From: a virus | Virus record (IMG/VR): IMGVR_UViG_3300027708_000019 | Direction: 5' to 3' (one strand) | DNA length: 64,000 nt | In this document: positions 1 to 9,335 of the stretch, in pieces | Layout: every line of letters starts with the position of its first letter | How positions within the stretch are numbered: position 1 is the stretch's first letter | Position numbers and translations under genes: made by a program | The notes under the pieces: model-generated | Database searches by the model: none | The model's input: only the letters and a program-made list of their open reading frames with translations | Told to the model about the DNA's origin: nothing

Positions 1-602
1 AAAATGCACTTGGTTGCGTTGCTCGTACTAATGCTTTTGCTGCTGACCAATCTGTTCAAGGTGGTGCAGTTCCAGGTGATTATGTTGCTACAAATTATGA
101 CAAAGGACATATGGCTCCAGATGGAGATTTGTCTTGGGATCCGCAAGTAGAGTATGAATCTTTTTTGATGACCAATATGTCACCCCAAGCTGGCTCTTTG
201 AATCGTGGCATATGGAAACTGTTAGAGACCTCTGTAAGAGGATGGTCCGTTCAAAGAAACCAATCGTATACGATTTATGTTGGAGGCATCTATGGTGCGA
301 CTGACAGAAAAATTGGTAATGGTGTTATCGTTCCTCATGGGTTTTATAAAATTGTAATTAACAATCAAACCAATGAAGTTGCTGGTTGGTCATTCCCTCA
401 TGTACCACCATACCCAAATTTGGGTAACGACTTACGTCCTTTCCGCAAACCAATCGCTGATATTCAGAAAGAAGCTGGTGTTAAATACGCATTCCCAGCT
501 GGCGCAATCGAACTTGCTCCAGGAAAAGAATGGCCAGTTGATTTTGGTGCACTAACAAAAGCAAAACGTGCTAAGTGTGGTGCAGGAGCAAACGATGACT
601 AA
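1..602 (+). CDS. DNA/RNA non-specific endonuclease (NucA/EndoG-like), 5'-truncated by window edge
   Basis: YDKGH just before track ORF start, then TNMSPQ..LNRGIW..LE and VPHGFYKIV motifs. Confidence 0.85.
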   Translation, partial: NALGCVARTNAFAADQSVQGGAVPGDYVATNYDKGHMAPDGDLSWDPQVEYESFLMTNMSPQAGSLNRGIWKLLETSVRGWSVQRNQSYTIYVGGIYGATDRKIGNGVIVPHGFYKIVINNQTNEVAGWSFPHVPPYPNLGNDLRPFRKPIADIQKEAGVKYAFPAGAIELAPGKEWPVDFGALTKAKRAKCGAGANDD

Positions 603-945
603 AATTATCACAGCTTTAGTTGTACTTCAGATTGCTGCTTGTTCAGTAATCTTACCAATACCACATGATCCAGTTATGTTTGGATATTTGGTTGATACAA
701 AAATTGCTGTAGATAGATTAAGTTGTGATGAGAAAACATGGGCATGGGAAACTGCCCAATCTCAAATCGAGAGATTAAAAGTTTATTCAACTCTAAGGCA
801 TGACCCACAAGCAGAAGCAGCAGTAAAACTTGAAAATGCTATTAAGAAAGCAAAAGATTCAAATAATAAAACATTCTGCGAATCAATTCTTAAACTTAAT
901 AAAACACGTATCGACGTAATTGTTGATGCATGGAAGGGAAGATAA
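595..945 (+). CDS. putative lipoprotein
   Basis: ATG at 595; hydrophobic signal ending in IAAC lipobox-like motif. Confidence 0.55.
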   Translation: MTKIITALVVLQIAACSVILPIPHDPVMFGYLVDTKIAVDRLSCDEKTWAWETAQSQIERLKVYSTLRHDPQAEAAVKLENAIKKAKDSNNKTFCESILKLNKTRIDVIVDAWKGR

Positions 946-946
946 A

Positions 947-1180
947 ATGTTAGAGCAATTAAGAGAAACAGCTGGACTTGGTGGTCCAGCTGCAGGATTA
1001 GCAAATGAGTTATTGGTTCTTCAAGATCAATTTACTTCTGGTCAACTTACTAGAGAAGAGTTTGAATTTTTGGTTTCAGAAATTGCAAATATTCGTGCTC
1101 AGCAAGAGTTAGCATCTGATGAAATGGCTTGTCGTTTCATTATAGAATCAGCAAAGAATATACTGTCGATGGTAGCGTAG
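947..1180 (+). CDS. hypothetical protein
   Basis: ATG at 947 right after upstream stop; tightly packed in operon. Confidence 0.6.
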   Translation: MLEQLRETAGLGGPAAGLANELLVLQDQFTSGQLTREEFEFLVSEIANIRAQQELASDEMACRFIIESAKNILSMVA

Positions 1181-1181
1181 A

Positions 1182-1937
1182 ATGAAAAAATATCGCTCAA
1201 TTTTTATTAGCGATGTTCATTTAGGTACTCGTGATTGTCAAGCTGACAAACTGAATAATTTTTTAAAGCACAACTCCTGCGATACTTTATATCTCGTAGG
1301 AGATATTATTGATGCTTGGAAAATACAACAAAATAAATGGCGATGGAAACAATCACACTCGAACGTCGTACGTAGAATTCTTGGTCACGCCAAACGTGGA
1401 ACAAGAGTAGTTTATGTAGCAGGTAATCATGATGAATTCCTAAGACCTATGATTCCGTATGGTTTCAGCTTCGGTCTAATTGAAATAAAAAATCAAACAG
1501 AACATATTGGTGCGGATGGTAAGCACTATCTAATCACACATGGAGATTTGTTTGATGGTATCACAAGACTTGCTCCATGGCTTGCATTTCTTGGTGATAA
1601 ATTATATGACTTGGTTCTTGATTGGAATTCAAGTTTTAATTGGATTCGTCACAAATTTGGATTTGGGTATTGGTCACTATCAAAATACTTGAAACATAAA
1701 GTTAAGAAGGCATCTGATTTTATGTTTCAATTTGAACGTAATCTAGCAGGTTATTGTAAGAAACGTGGCTTCGATGGTGTGATTTGCGGACATATTCACC
1801 ACGCTGAAATAAAAGAGATAGATGGTGTTATATACATGAATGACGGAGATTGGGTTGAGTCATGTACTGCTCTGGTTGAGCATTATGATGGCAAGTGGGA
1901 AATAATTACATGGACTAAGGAGAATGACAATCCATGA
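1182..1937 (+). CDS. PlcP/LpxH-like calcineurin-type metallophosphoesterase
   Basis: SDVHLG, GDIID, GNHDE, HGD, GHIH motifs; C-terminal NDGDWVES. Confidence 0.85.
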   Translation: MKKYRSIFISDVHLGTRDCQADKLNNFLKHNSCDTLYLVGDIIDAWKIQQNKWRWKQSHSNVVRRILGHAKRGTRVVYVAGNHDEFLRPMIPYGFSFGLIEIKNQTEHIGADGKHYLITHGDLFDGITRLAPWLAFLGDKLYDLVLDWNSSFNWIRHKFGFGYWSLSKYLKHKVKKASDFMFQFERNLAGYCKKRGFDGVICGHIHHAEIKEIDGVIYMNDGDWVESCTALVEHYDGKWEIITWTKENDNP

Positions 1938-2674
1938 TAGAAGATAAAGTAACAATTGTAGTTCCTTGTAAAAATGAAGAGAACTACATTCCTCATCTAT
2001 TGTTGCACTTGCGCCAGCAAGAAGGTATTGGTAATACAAGAATCATTATCGCAGACTGTTCTACAGATAATACACGAGAAGTCATTCAAGTTATGAGAGG
2101 TAACTTGAATGTGGAAATTATTGATGGTGGTCCAGTTTCTATTGCTAAAAACAATGGAGCAAAGTTAGCTACTACTCCATATGTTTTATTCATTGATGCA
2201 GATGTGCGATTCTTCAGTGATACAGTTATCCGTGATACTGTAGAAGAATTAGAAAAAAGAAATTTGGATCTTATTGGTTTGCGTATTAAATGCTATGATA
2301 AAGATAAAAGAACGCAGATTGGATTTATGCTGTTCAACGCAATCAATATTGTTATGAGTAAGAAAGTGCCATTCGCTGTAGGTGCATATGCTCTTACACG
2401 AAAAGATAAATTTTACGAGTATGGTGGTTTCGCTGAAAAGTATGGAACGAGCGAAGACTTTTTCTTGTCTAAGCAGTACGATCCTAAAAAATTCAAATTA
2501 GTAAAGCACTACTTCGGACAAGACAGTCGAAGATTCAAGCGAATGGGTTACACTGGTATGGCAATGTATCTTGTCAAGAATTTCTTAAATCGAAATAATG
2601 AAAGATACTGGAATAACTTAGATTATTCTAAGTACTGGGATACTACCAAGACCCATCGTCAATCACAACACTAA
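1934..2674 (+). CDS. glycosyltransferase family 2
   Basis: IVVPCKNEE, DCSTDNT, FIDAD (DxD), SED motifs. Confidence 0.85.
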   Translation: MIEDKVTIVVPCKNEENYIPHLLLHLRQQEGIGNTRIIIADCSTDNTREVIQVMRGNLNVEIIDGGPVSIAKNNGAKLATTPYVLFIDADVRFFSDTVIRDTVEELEKRNLDLIGLRIKCYDKDKRTQIGFMLFNAINIVMSKKVPFAVGAYALTRKDKFYEYGGFAEKYGTSEDFFLSKQYDPKKFKLVKHYFGQDSRRFKRMGYTGMAMYLVKNFLNRNNERYWNNLDYSKYWDTTKTHRQSQH

Positions 2675-2825
2675 TCCCAACAAACAATAGTGTCAATTTA
2701 CAGAACCATGATTTTGGTCCCATAATTTCATCACGACCACTTGCCCACCCCAATCTCCAGTGGAAGGGGTTAACTACTATCGTGATGAAAACACCTGAAT
2801 ATTGAATCCATTTTGCTATTTTCAT
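2643..2825 (-). CDS. small hypothetical protein
   Basis: ORF coupled to clpP stop. Confidence 0.5.
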   Translation of the reverse strand: MKIAKWIQYSGVFITIVVNPFHWRLGWASGRDEIMGPKSWFCKLTLLFVGISVVIDDGSW

Positions 2826-3385
2826 TAATATAAATCCTTAACTTGATCACAAATCCCCAGTTTTAGTGCTTCTTTTGCACTCAACCAAACATCCTGAGGT
2901 GGGAGAAGTTTCTCACGGATAGATGGCTCATCTAGACCTGTGCACTTTTTATAATGTAACATAAGTCGTTTGGTTGTTAAATCATATTCTTTTACCGTAG
3001 CAATAAGTTCATGTTCTTTTCCGAACGAACCCCAACTATATTGATGCGATAGAATTGATGTATTTGGTGTAAGCAGACGATGTCCTTTCTCACCAGCAAT
3101 AAACATCAATAATCCAGCAGATGCAATTTGTCCAAGCCCAATAGTTCGGATTGGCGTAGCACTGCCTTTCATACAATCAATGACTGCGAAGGCAGCATTA
3201 AGATCGCCACCTGGAGAACAAATTACAAGATTAAGTAAATCGTATTGTTCTTCGCCCATGTTACAAGCAAAAATCCACTCAACAATCTGCCTACATGAAG
3301 TCATAGTAACTTCGTCCATAAATAGCAGAAAATTTTGTTTCGGGGCATTACCTGCATTCAAATTGATATTAAGTTTTTCTGTCAT
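2825..3385 (-). CDS. clpP: ATP-dependent Clp protease proteolytic subunit
   Basis: SPGG, GQIASAG (catalytic Ser), HQ, LSAKEALKLGICD motifs. Confidence 0.88.
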   Translation of the reverse strand: MTEKLNINLNAGNAPKQNFLLFMDEVTMTSCRQIVEWIFACNMGEEQYDLLNLVICSPGGDLNAAFAVIDCMKGSATPIRTIGLGQIASAGLLMFIAGEKGHRLLTPNTSILSHQYSWGSFGKEHELIATVKEYDLTTKRLMLHYKKCTGLDEPSIREKLLPPQDVWLSAKEALKLGICDQVKDLY

Positions 3386-3923
3386 TTATTGTAATCACTT
3401 TCGGGTCAGTATAAAAAATATGTCTTCCAATTTTGGTAGTTTTTTGTAACTTTGACCATCCTGGAGAGACATAGTCGGCATGATAATATATAGCACCCTT
3501 TGTTACATCATCAATAACTTGATAGTTGAAGTAAACATAAAGTGCCACTTGTCTTACATCATTATATAATTCTTTCTGTGTTGCTGATACAGCTTTCTTA
3601 CCTTCACAAAACCAAGTGAATTGGCACGTTGATTTTACTTTTTGTTTAACAACTCCGCAGACGCTGTCTTCAAACACGTTTGATTTGACACGATTTAATG
3701 TAACCAAACCTACTGCAATTTTGCCAGTCTCTGGTTCATAACCTGCTTCGTAAAATATATTATCTGTTAAACAGTCAATTTCCTTCTTCTCTTTTGCATT
3801 TAGATGTGTATATGGAACATCTACAATCTTTGTTCCTGCTTTTGAATTTTGCGTTGCGGTAAACAACAGTGCAACAAATAATATAATTGTTATTAAAATT
3901 GAAATTAGATATTTCAAAATCAT
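3369..3923 (-). CDS. cell wall hydrolase, SleB/Hydrolase_2 family
   Basis: N-terminal TM; CLTDNIFYEA, LNRV, CQFTW, YYHADYVSPGW, IGRHIFY. Confidence 0.88.
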   Translation of the reverse strand: MILKYLISILITIILFVALLFTATQNSKAGTKIVDVPYTHLNAKEKKEIDCLTDNIFYEAGYEPETGKIAVGLVTLNRVKSNVFEDSVCGVVKQKVKSTCQFTWFCEGKKAVSATQKELYNDVRQVALYVYFNYQVIDDVTKGAIYYHADYVSPGWSKLQKTTKIGRHIFYTDPKVITINDRKT

Positions 3924-3976
3924 CTCCTTAATTAGTTAAAGAGTAAGGGTGATGAAACCCCTACTCCAATCCCATA

Positions 3977-4261
3977 TCAGGTGGACTTCTTGATAGTAGT
4001 CTTTTCTTGTGTAGTTTGTGGGGATACGTTAGAAACAAAACCATTCAGCGTTTGTGCTTTGCTGATGATATCATTTTCTGATGGGAAGGCAGGGAATCCT
4101 GGATGATCAGGAATCGTGCCACCATTTAGTTTAGCAGATTCGACTTTCGTTTGCCAGTCGTTGCTAATTTGTTCACGTTTGCCGTAGTACTCATCGCTGA
4201 GCATATCTTTGGCCATTTTTAAAAGTTCGAGACGAATCTCAAAAGGTGTCATATTTGACAT
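3977..4261 (-). CDS. conserved phage hypothetical protein (MSNMTPFEIRLELLKMA type)
   Basis: AAGGAG RBS; TAAATA late-type promoter upstream. Confidence 0.7.
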   Translation of the reverse strand: MSNMTPFEIRLELLKMAKDMLSDEYYGKREQISNDWQTKVESAKLNGGTIPDHPGFPAFPSENDIISKAQTLNGFVSNVSPQTTQEKTTIKKST

Positions 4262-4338
4262 AGTTTTCTCCTTGTGTTGTGTGTAAAAAAATCAAATTGT
4301 GTGTTCATGATATAGACTATTATTTAGTCAAATGTGAT

Positions 4339-4368
4339 ACTGGGAAGACGAATCTTCCCAGTTTTTTT
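4339..4368. terminator. intrinsic terminator-like hairpin
   Basis: ACTGGGAAGA-CGAA-TCTTCCCAGT followed by T run; UUCG loop on minus strand; lies just after porin stop. Confidence 0.65.
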
Positions 4369-4373
4369 ACGAA

Positions 4374-4940
4374 TTAAAACGATCTAGTATAAGATACGTA
4401 TGTTCGATTAAAAGCATTATCACCATTTACATCATCATAGCCAAGAGAGATACTGTCTTTCTTGGTAATAGCATAACCCAATGAGTAACGAATTGAGTTT
4501 GTTGTATCTGATTTATCAGAAGCAAATGCTGTACGGAAACGATAACCAAGTTTAGCAGTCAAACCTTCAACTGGAGTTTTAACAATAACTCCTGGCTCTA
4601 CTGAGTAGTAAGCGAAATTCTTACCACCAGTAATACGCTCACCAACAGCACCACGTGCGTAACCAGTAATAAAGTTATCACCGATCAATCCCATTTTGCC
4701 TGTAACACCAGCTTCATAACGTGAGGAAACTGTATTTGCAGAATCAGTAGCTGTGTTTAGAATGCTAACATCACCATCGATTTGTTTTGTTAGAGATGTT
4801 TTAACATCTAACTTGTACACATCACTCATGGCTTTACTAGAATCTGCTTCTTGACGTCCATAAGTTACTGTTGCTGAAGTGTCGGCGAATGCCATTGAAG
4901 ATGCAGCGAGCAATGCTGCTGCGATTAGTTTTAATTTCAT
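4374..4940 (-). CDS. outer-membrane beta-barrel / porin-like protein
   Basis: Signal peptide (AFA), alternating amphipathic strands, C-terminal YxxxF BAM signal. Confidence 0.7.
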   Translation of the reverse strand: MKLKLIAAALLAASSMAFADTSATVTYGRQEADSSKAMSDVYKLDVKTSLTKQIDGDVSILNTATDSANTVSSRYEAGVTGKMGLIGDNFITGYARGAVGERITGGKNFAYYSVEPGVIVKTPVEGLTAKLGYRFRTAFASDKSDTTNSIRYSLGYAITKKDSISLGYDDVNGDNAFNRTYVSYTRSF

Positions 4941-4972
4941 GTAATATCCTTTAAAAATTCAAAAAACAAAAT

Positions 4973-5272
4973 GGCAGGTTCTTCTGTTACGAGGTGAACC
5001 TGCCGAAACCCTAAGCAGTGTTTAGGCTGCTAATGCGTAGACAGAGTCGTTTGCATTTACTTTTTTTATGCGATTTACAGTCGTCATCTACTGTGTTGCC
5101 GTCTCTACTATCTCACCCTGTCGAAACCTAGTCACCCCCATCAAAAGCACTTCTCGTTTTACATTCCCCTGAATACATCATTTCTGGTTCAGCTAATACG
5201 CAAATGCTTTTGGTGGAGGTGGGGAGAATCGAACTCCCGTCCAGAATGCCTTCGCTTTGAAGGGATTACAAC
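4973..5272 (-). ncRNA. ssrA: tmRNA, circularly permuted two-piece form
   Basis: Acceptor piece with T-arm GGGAGTTCGATTCTCCC ends CACCTCCACCA at 5211; intervening segment 5140-5210; coding piece starts GGGGGTGA..TTTCGAC at 5139; G3-U alanine pair; tag ORF 5022-5054 = ANDSVYALAA*. Confidence 0.93.
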
Positions 5273-5274
5273 AA

Positions 5275-5406
5275 TTACTTAACTGCTTGAGTGTGCTTGT
5301 GTTTCAAAGACTTCTTAAGCAGTTTCATCCAAAACTTCTTAACCTTGTCTGCTTTATGCTCGACTTCGGCTTTGTTTAGTTTTAAAATTAGTGCCTTAAC
5401 TTTCAT
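5275..5406 (-). CDS. small basic protein (43 aa, MKVKALILKLNKAE...)
   Basis: Manual translation; ATGA overlap with upstream gene stop. Confidence 0.55.
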   Translation of the reverse strand: MKVKALILKLNKAEVEHKADKVKKFWMKLLKKSLKHKHTQAVK

Positions 5407-5744
5407 TGATTCGGTACCAATACTTGTCTGTAGCAATTACAGTATGCGTCAAGGATATTTTCATAATGATAGCCATACGGCATTGCTGGTTGTTGATAGA
5501 TTACCTGTGGTGGCATTTGTTGAACCACAACAGGTGGTTGTTGAACCACAACAGGTGGTTGTTGAACCACAACAGGTGGATAATAATATGGCTGAGGACG
5601 ATGCAACTCATAACCAATAATACCACCAATAATAGCTGGACCAACCCAACCAACATGACCACCACCATACCCACGTCCTCCATGGGCGAATGCTTGACCA
5701 CTGATGCTTAATGCAGCAATAAGAACCAAAACGAACTTTTTCAT
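5403..5744 (-). CDS. exported Gly/Pro/Gln-rich protein
   Basis: Signal peptide, glycine-zipper-like segment, PPVVVQQ repeats, AGGAG RBS, own promoter. Confidence 0.7.
   Translation of the reverse strand: MKKFVLVLIAALSISGQAFAHGGRGYGGGHVGWVGPAIIGGIIGYELHRPQPYYYPPVVVQQPPVVVQQPPVVVQQMPPQVIYQQPAMPYGYHYENILDAYCNCYRQVLVPNQ
5517..5579. repeat. 21-bp coding tandem repeat x3
   Basis: TTGTTGAACCACAACAGGTGG unit encoding PPVVVQQ. Confidence 0.9.
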
Positions 5745-5770
5745 TTTACTCTCCTAGTTTCCATAATATA

Positions 5771-5799
5771 ATTATACCTGAAAACGGAATTAATGTCAA
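5771..5799 (-). promoter_or_regulatory. sigma70-type promoter
   Basis: TTGACA-N17-TATAAT; TATAAATA late-type motif adjacent at 5804-5811. Confidence 0.85.
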
Positions 5800-5806
5800 G
5801 CACTAT

Positions 5807-6364
5807 TTATAACGTGGAACCACCTACAGGACGATTGCAAGCGCACAATTCGCCAGTCTGCAAGGCATCCAGAATTCGAAGAGTCTCATCTGGGCTTCTG
5901 CCTACATCTGTGTTGTTTATCGTCATGTGTTGAATTACATTTGCTGGGTCAATAATATATGTAGCTCTGAATGCACAACCTGTCAAATCGTTGAATGCAC
6001 CAAGTTGGTTAATTAACCCATCTGTCCATTCATTGTTCTCATTTCTAAACATGTTTCTTACTGTGTCTGCAAACATCCAACTCTTTAGATTTGTCAAAGT
6101 CATGTCCGCATTTTTCCAAGCAATTTTACAGTATTCATTATCTGTACTACCGATAAGTAATTCTGCATCACGTTTTGCGAATTCGTCATGTAGATTATCG
6201 TATCCAACAATTTCTGTTGGGCAAACAAATGTAAAATCTTTTGGATAATAAACAACGACTTTCCATTTTCCTGGAAAAGATTGTTCATTAATCTGTTCAA
6301 ATGTGTTGTCTGGTTTAACACCAACTAACACAAATGGATCTAATTGTTGTCCTAGCATTTTCAT
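5807..6364 (-). CDS. ahpC: 2-Cys peroxiredoxin (AhpC)
   Basis: YPKDFTFVCPTEI, GRSPDETLR, GELCACN. Confidence 0.9.
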   Translation of the reverse strand: MKMLGQQLDPFVLVGVKPDNTFEQINEQSFPGKWKVVVYYPKDFTFVCPTEIVGYDNLHDEFAKRDAELLIGSTDNEYCKIAWKNADMTLTNLKSWMFADTVRNMFRNENNEWTDGLINQLGAFNDLTGCAFRATYIIDPANVIQHMTINNTDVGRSPDETLRILDALQTGELCACNRPVGGSTL

Positions 6365-7011
6365 ATTTTGTAAGTCTCCTTATATGTCTTTCTCAATTCA
6401 ATAAATTTTCCAATCCACTCATCACGCTTTTCATGGAACACTAATGTTTGTTGTCCATCGACAGCCATAATAATAATTAGATTGGGAACTGAAACACCAG
6501 TTCGTTCTTCAAATGCAACAGCATACGCTGAGCATTGCATAAAATACCCATGAATATCGTCACGAGATTTCATTCTTGCTGAAGTCTTAAAGTCAATTAC
6601 TGCTTTCTTACCATTGTATTCTGCAATACAATCTACCGTTCCAGCCACTTCTAAGTGGTCAGAATATAGTGGCGACTCCAGCGCACATACGTTGTTTATT
6701 TTTTTGAGTTCTGGTAATATCTCAACCCAAGTTTCGTAGTCAACGAGATTTGGTTCAACATGTTCATTATTGAGATATGTTTCGCAGAGGGAATGAACTC
6801 TGGTTCCACGCTTTGCTGCTTTGGTGCTGATTCGATTGGCTTCTTCGTTTCCGACTCTGTTTCGCCATGCGATGATTGCTTCTTTGCCAAGCAATCCTGT
6901 AACTGTGGTGACGGAAGGATAGCGTTTACCCGACGGAGTTTCATATAGTCTTCCGTCGGGAGTATCGATGCGTGGTAGTTTGTGTAAATCATAATGTAAA
7001 TGAGTAATCAT
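6361..7011 (-). CDS. PD-(D/E)xK exonuclease (T4-like phage exonuclease)
   Basis: YPSVTT, RGTRVH, AGTVDC, IDFKTS, QCSAYA. Confidence 0.85.
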   Translation of the reverse strand: MITHLHYDLHKLPRIDTPDGRLYETPSGKRYPSVTTVTGLLGKEAIIAWRNRVGNEEANRISTKAAKRGTRVHSLCETYLNNEHVEPNLVDYETWVEILPELKKINNVCALESPLYSDHLEVAGTVDCIAEYNGKKAVIDFKTSARMKSRDDIHGYFMQCSAYAVAFEERTGVSVPNLIIIMAVDGQQTLVFHEKRDEWIGKFIELRKTYKETYKI

Positions 7012-7012
7012 A

Positions 7013-7636
7013 TTAGTCCATAGTTTGAATTGCAGCCTTACATGCGTGGAAATGATTAATGCGATCTGCTAATCCAATTTCACCACCATTGATTTTATGT
7101 GTCAATGTTTTCATGTCCTCTTGGTCAGCCCAAGTATTTAAATTATTTTTCCACCAGAACCATGCAGCTGACATAGCAGCACCTTCATATGTTTCTAGAT
7201 ACTCAACAGCTTCGTCAATAGTTAGACCAAGATCTGCTGCAAATGATTCATAGTTATTTTTACCAGTCAATTGAATTAATCCACGACCACGGTATTTGAA
7301 ACCATCACCAGATTCTTCATCGCCATTACCCATGCGATTAGCATAGACACGATTTGCGATTGCTTCTGGATTGCGTTCGTATGGTTGAGCAGCTTCTAGT
7401 GTTGGGAAATACTTATGGAAAGTACCAACCAAACCTTGTGCGCCATAATTCAAATTTTCTTTAACAGCATTGAAACCACCTGACTCATGACCAACTTGTG
7501 CTAAGAAACAAGCAAGTCTTGATGTTCCAGTAATGTCATATGTTGTGCAAGCAGTAGTTAAACCCTCAACGAAACCTTGTAGTTTCTCTGGCTTTGTTTG
7601 TGGTGCGATCGTTTGTAATAGTTGTAAGGTGATCAT
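7013..7636 (-). CDS. glycoside hydrolase family 19 endolysin
   Basis: FLAQVGHES, ENLNY, YRGRGLIQLTG, INGG. Confidence 0.88.
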   Translation of the reverse strand: MITLQLLQTIAPQTKPEKLQGFVEGLTTACTTYDITGTSRLACFLAQVGHESGGFNAVKENLNYGAQGLVGTFHKYFPTLEAAQPYERNPEAIANRVYANRMGNGDEESGDGFKYRGRGLIQLTGKNNYESFAADLGLTIDEAVEYLETYEGAAMSAAWFWWKNNLNTWADQEDMKTLTHKINGGEIGLADRINHFHACKAAIQTMD

Positions 7637-8400
7637 CTCTTATCCTCGTAATCTTCGTATTTTAATTTAGCCAAGATATAATCTTTGACTAGCGATGAGC
7701 GAACAATGTCATCTACGGTAAATTCAATTCTAGTAAATGCTTTCATGTGTTGGGCAATATCAAAGAATTTTAAAATACCACTAACATCGGTCTTACGTTT
7801 ATTTAGGTCGGTCTGACGATAGTCGCCACACCAAATAATTTTAGACATATGTCCAACACGTGTCATAACAGTATCAATCTCATCATAATTTAAATTCTGC
7901 ATTTCATCAACGATAATGATAGCGTTGTCGAAAGACATACCACGAATAAATGAAGTAGAAATAAATTGAATATAACCTTGCTCTTCCAATCTATCCCATG
8001 CATCCTTACGATCAAATAACTGATGGCAAATCTGACGATAGGGTTGTTCGTAGATTTCCATTTTCTCACCAACATCTCCTGGTAGATGTCCCATTTCTCG
8101 AGACTGTACCGCAGAGCGAACAACAATAATTTTATTGAATGGGTTACTTTTATCTAACACTTCTTCGATTGCTTTGTATAAAGCAATAAAAGTTTTTCCT
8201 GTTCCTGCTACACCATGTAATGCTATAAAATAATCACCTTGTTTATATGCGTCGAAGAATCCTTTTTGATTTGATGTTAATGGCTGAAAAGTTTTTAAAT
8301 TATCTAATCTCAGCTTTAACTGATTACTCGCTACTGGTTTGGTTTCACGTTCTTCATAATGTATGTCTACTATTTTCTTAGCTGCAGAAGTGCGTGCCAT
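7633..8400 (-). CDS. phoH: PhoH-like ATPase
   Basis: GVAGTGKT, GHLPG, RGMSF, DEMQN, GDYRQTD, DIVRS. Confidence 0.92.
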   Translation of the reverse strand: MARTSAAKKIVDIHYEERETKPVASNQLKLRLDNLKTFQPLTSNQKGFFDAYKQGDYFIALHGVAGTGKTFIALYKAIEEVLDKSNPFNKIIVVRSAVQSREMGHLPGDVGEKMEIYEQPYRQICHQLFDRKDAWDRLEEQGYIQFISTSFIRGMSFDNAIIIVDEMQNLNYDEIDTVMTRVGHMSKIIWCGDYRQTDLNKRKTDVSGILKFFDIAQHMKAFTRIEFTVDDIVRSSLVKDYILAKLKYEDYEDKR

Positions 8401-8419
8401 TCGTATTTCCCTATTTTTG

Positions 8420-8647
8420 TTAACGAATATTGTCCTTTAAAGTGCTTCCTGGCATACTGCCATGAATTTTTTGAAGGACATCTCTAAACCCTCCAGGAAG
8501 TTTTGGTGTATCGCGAACTAATGCTGGCGCACCAATAACTGATTCCATGTGTGGGTTTTCTTTTAGAAATTCTTCTCGCTGAGACCAACTCATAAACTTC
8601 TCAGTGATCTCTTCGGTTTCTTTATTTTTAAAGACGTATGTAGGCAT
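8420..8647 (-). CDS. small conserved phage protein (FmdB-like N-terminus without Cys)
   Basis: MPTYVFKN start; CTAAATA upstream. Confidence 0.6.
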   Translation of the reverse strand: MPTYVFKNKETEEITEKFMSWSQREEFLKENPHMESVIGAPALVRDTPKLPGGFRDVLQKIHGSMPGSTLKDNIR

Positions 8648-8651
8648 ATTT

Positions 8652-9335
8652 TTATTTAGTCAGGTAAGTGCGATTTAGCATAGTATGATTGTGGTCAGTT
8701 GGACCCCAATCGCCATCTGGGTGATAAGCCAAAACAACCATCTCTTGTCCAGTTGTGACAAATCTATGTTTCTCTTGTTGTTCTATACAGAAAATAGCAC
8801 CAGTTTCTAATTGAATACTTGTTTCTGTGATGTCACCATCATCATTTTTCCAAGGATTGATTGTAGCATAACCAGTTCCTCTCACAACTATACCAAATCT
8901 GATACTTGGGTGTGTATGATAAGACTGCTCAGTACCTTTCGGAAAATGTAACATATTCAATGATGGATCACCAAGTCTTGATGGATAGATTAGCAATGAA
9001 TCTGAACATCCATCAATGTATGATAGACGACCACGTTCTTCTAGTGGACCACCAATTATATTTTGCCCACGATATCCGATGCGTGTAAACACAGCAACCT
9101 TACCTACGTAAAATAGTTTTTCATGATCATGTGACCAGTAACAGAAATAATCTCCCTGCGTAGCAACTTTACCATTTGGGAAATTAACATCGCCTTCGAT
9201 CACATAACCATAGATTGTTGAATACTCTTTTGTATAAAAATATCCTTGGTCACCAATTTCATTAATGTCAAAAAGATTCGCAATAGATGGATACATAGTA
9301 TCAGATCTATCGATATATGTTTGTCCAGTAATCAT
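8652..9335 (-). CDS. cupin-domain protein
   Basis: HTHPSIRFG..GTG and HRF motifs. Confidence 0.7.
   Translation of the reverse strand: MITGQTYIDRSDTMYPSIANLFDINEIGDQGYFYTKEYSTIYGYVIEGDVNFPNGKVATQGDYFCYWSHDHEKLFYVGKVAVFTRIGYRGQNIIGGPLEERGRLSYIDGCSDSLLIYPSRLGDPSLNMLHFPKGTEQSYHTHPSIRFGIVVRGTGYATINPWKNDDGDITETSIQLETGAIFCIEQQEKHRFVTTGQEMVVLAYHPDGDWGPTDHNHTMLNRTYLTK

Noticed and set aside
5211-5245. Apparent tRNA (T-arm and CCA)
   Set aside because: No D or anticodon arms; it is the acceptor piece of the permuted tmRNA.
6361-7011. Cas4 / CRISPR-associated nuclease
   Set aside because: No four-Cys Fe-S pattern, array or other cas genes; typical T4-like exonuclease.
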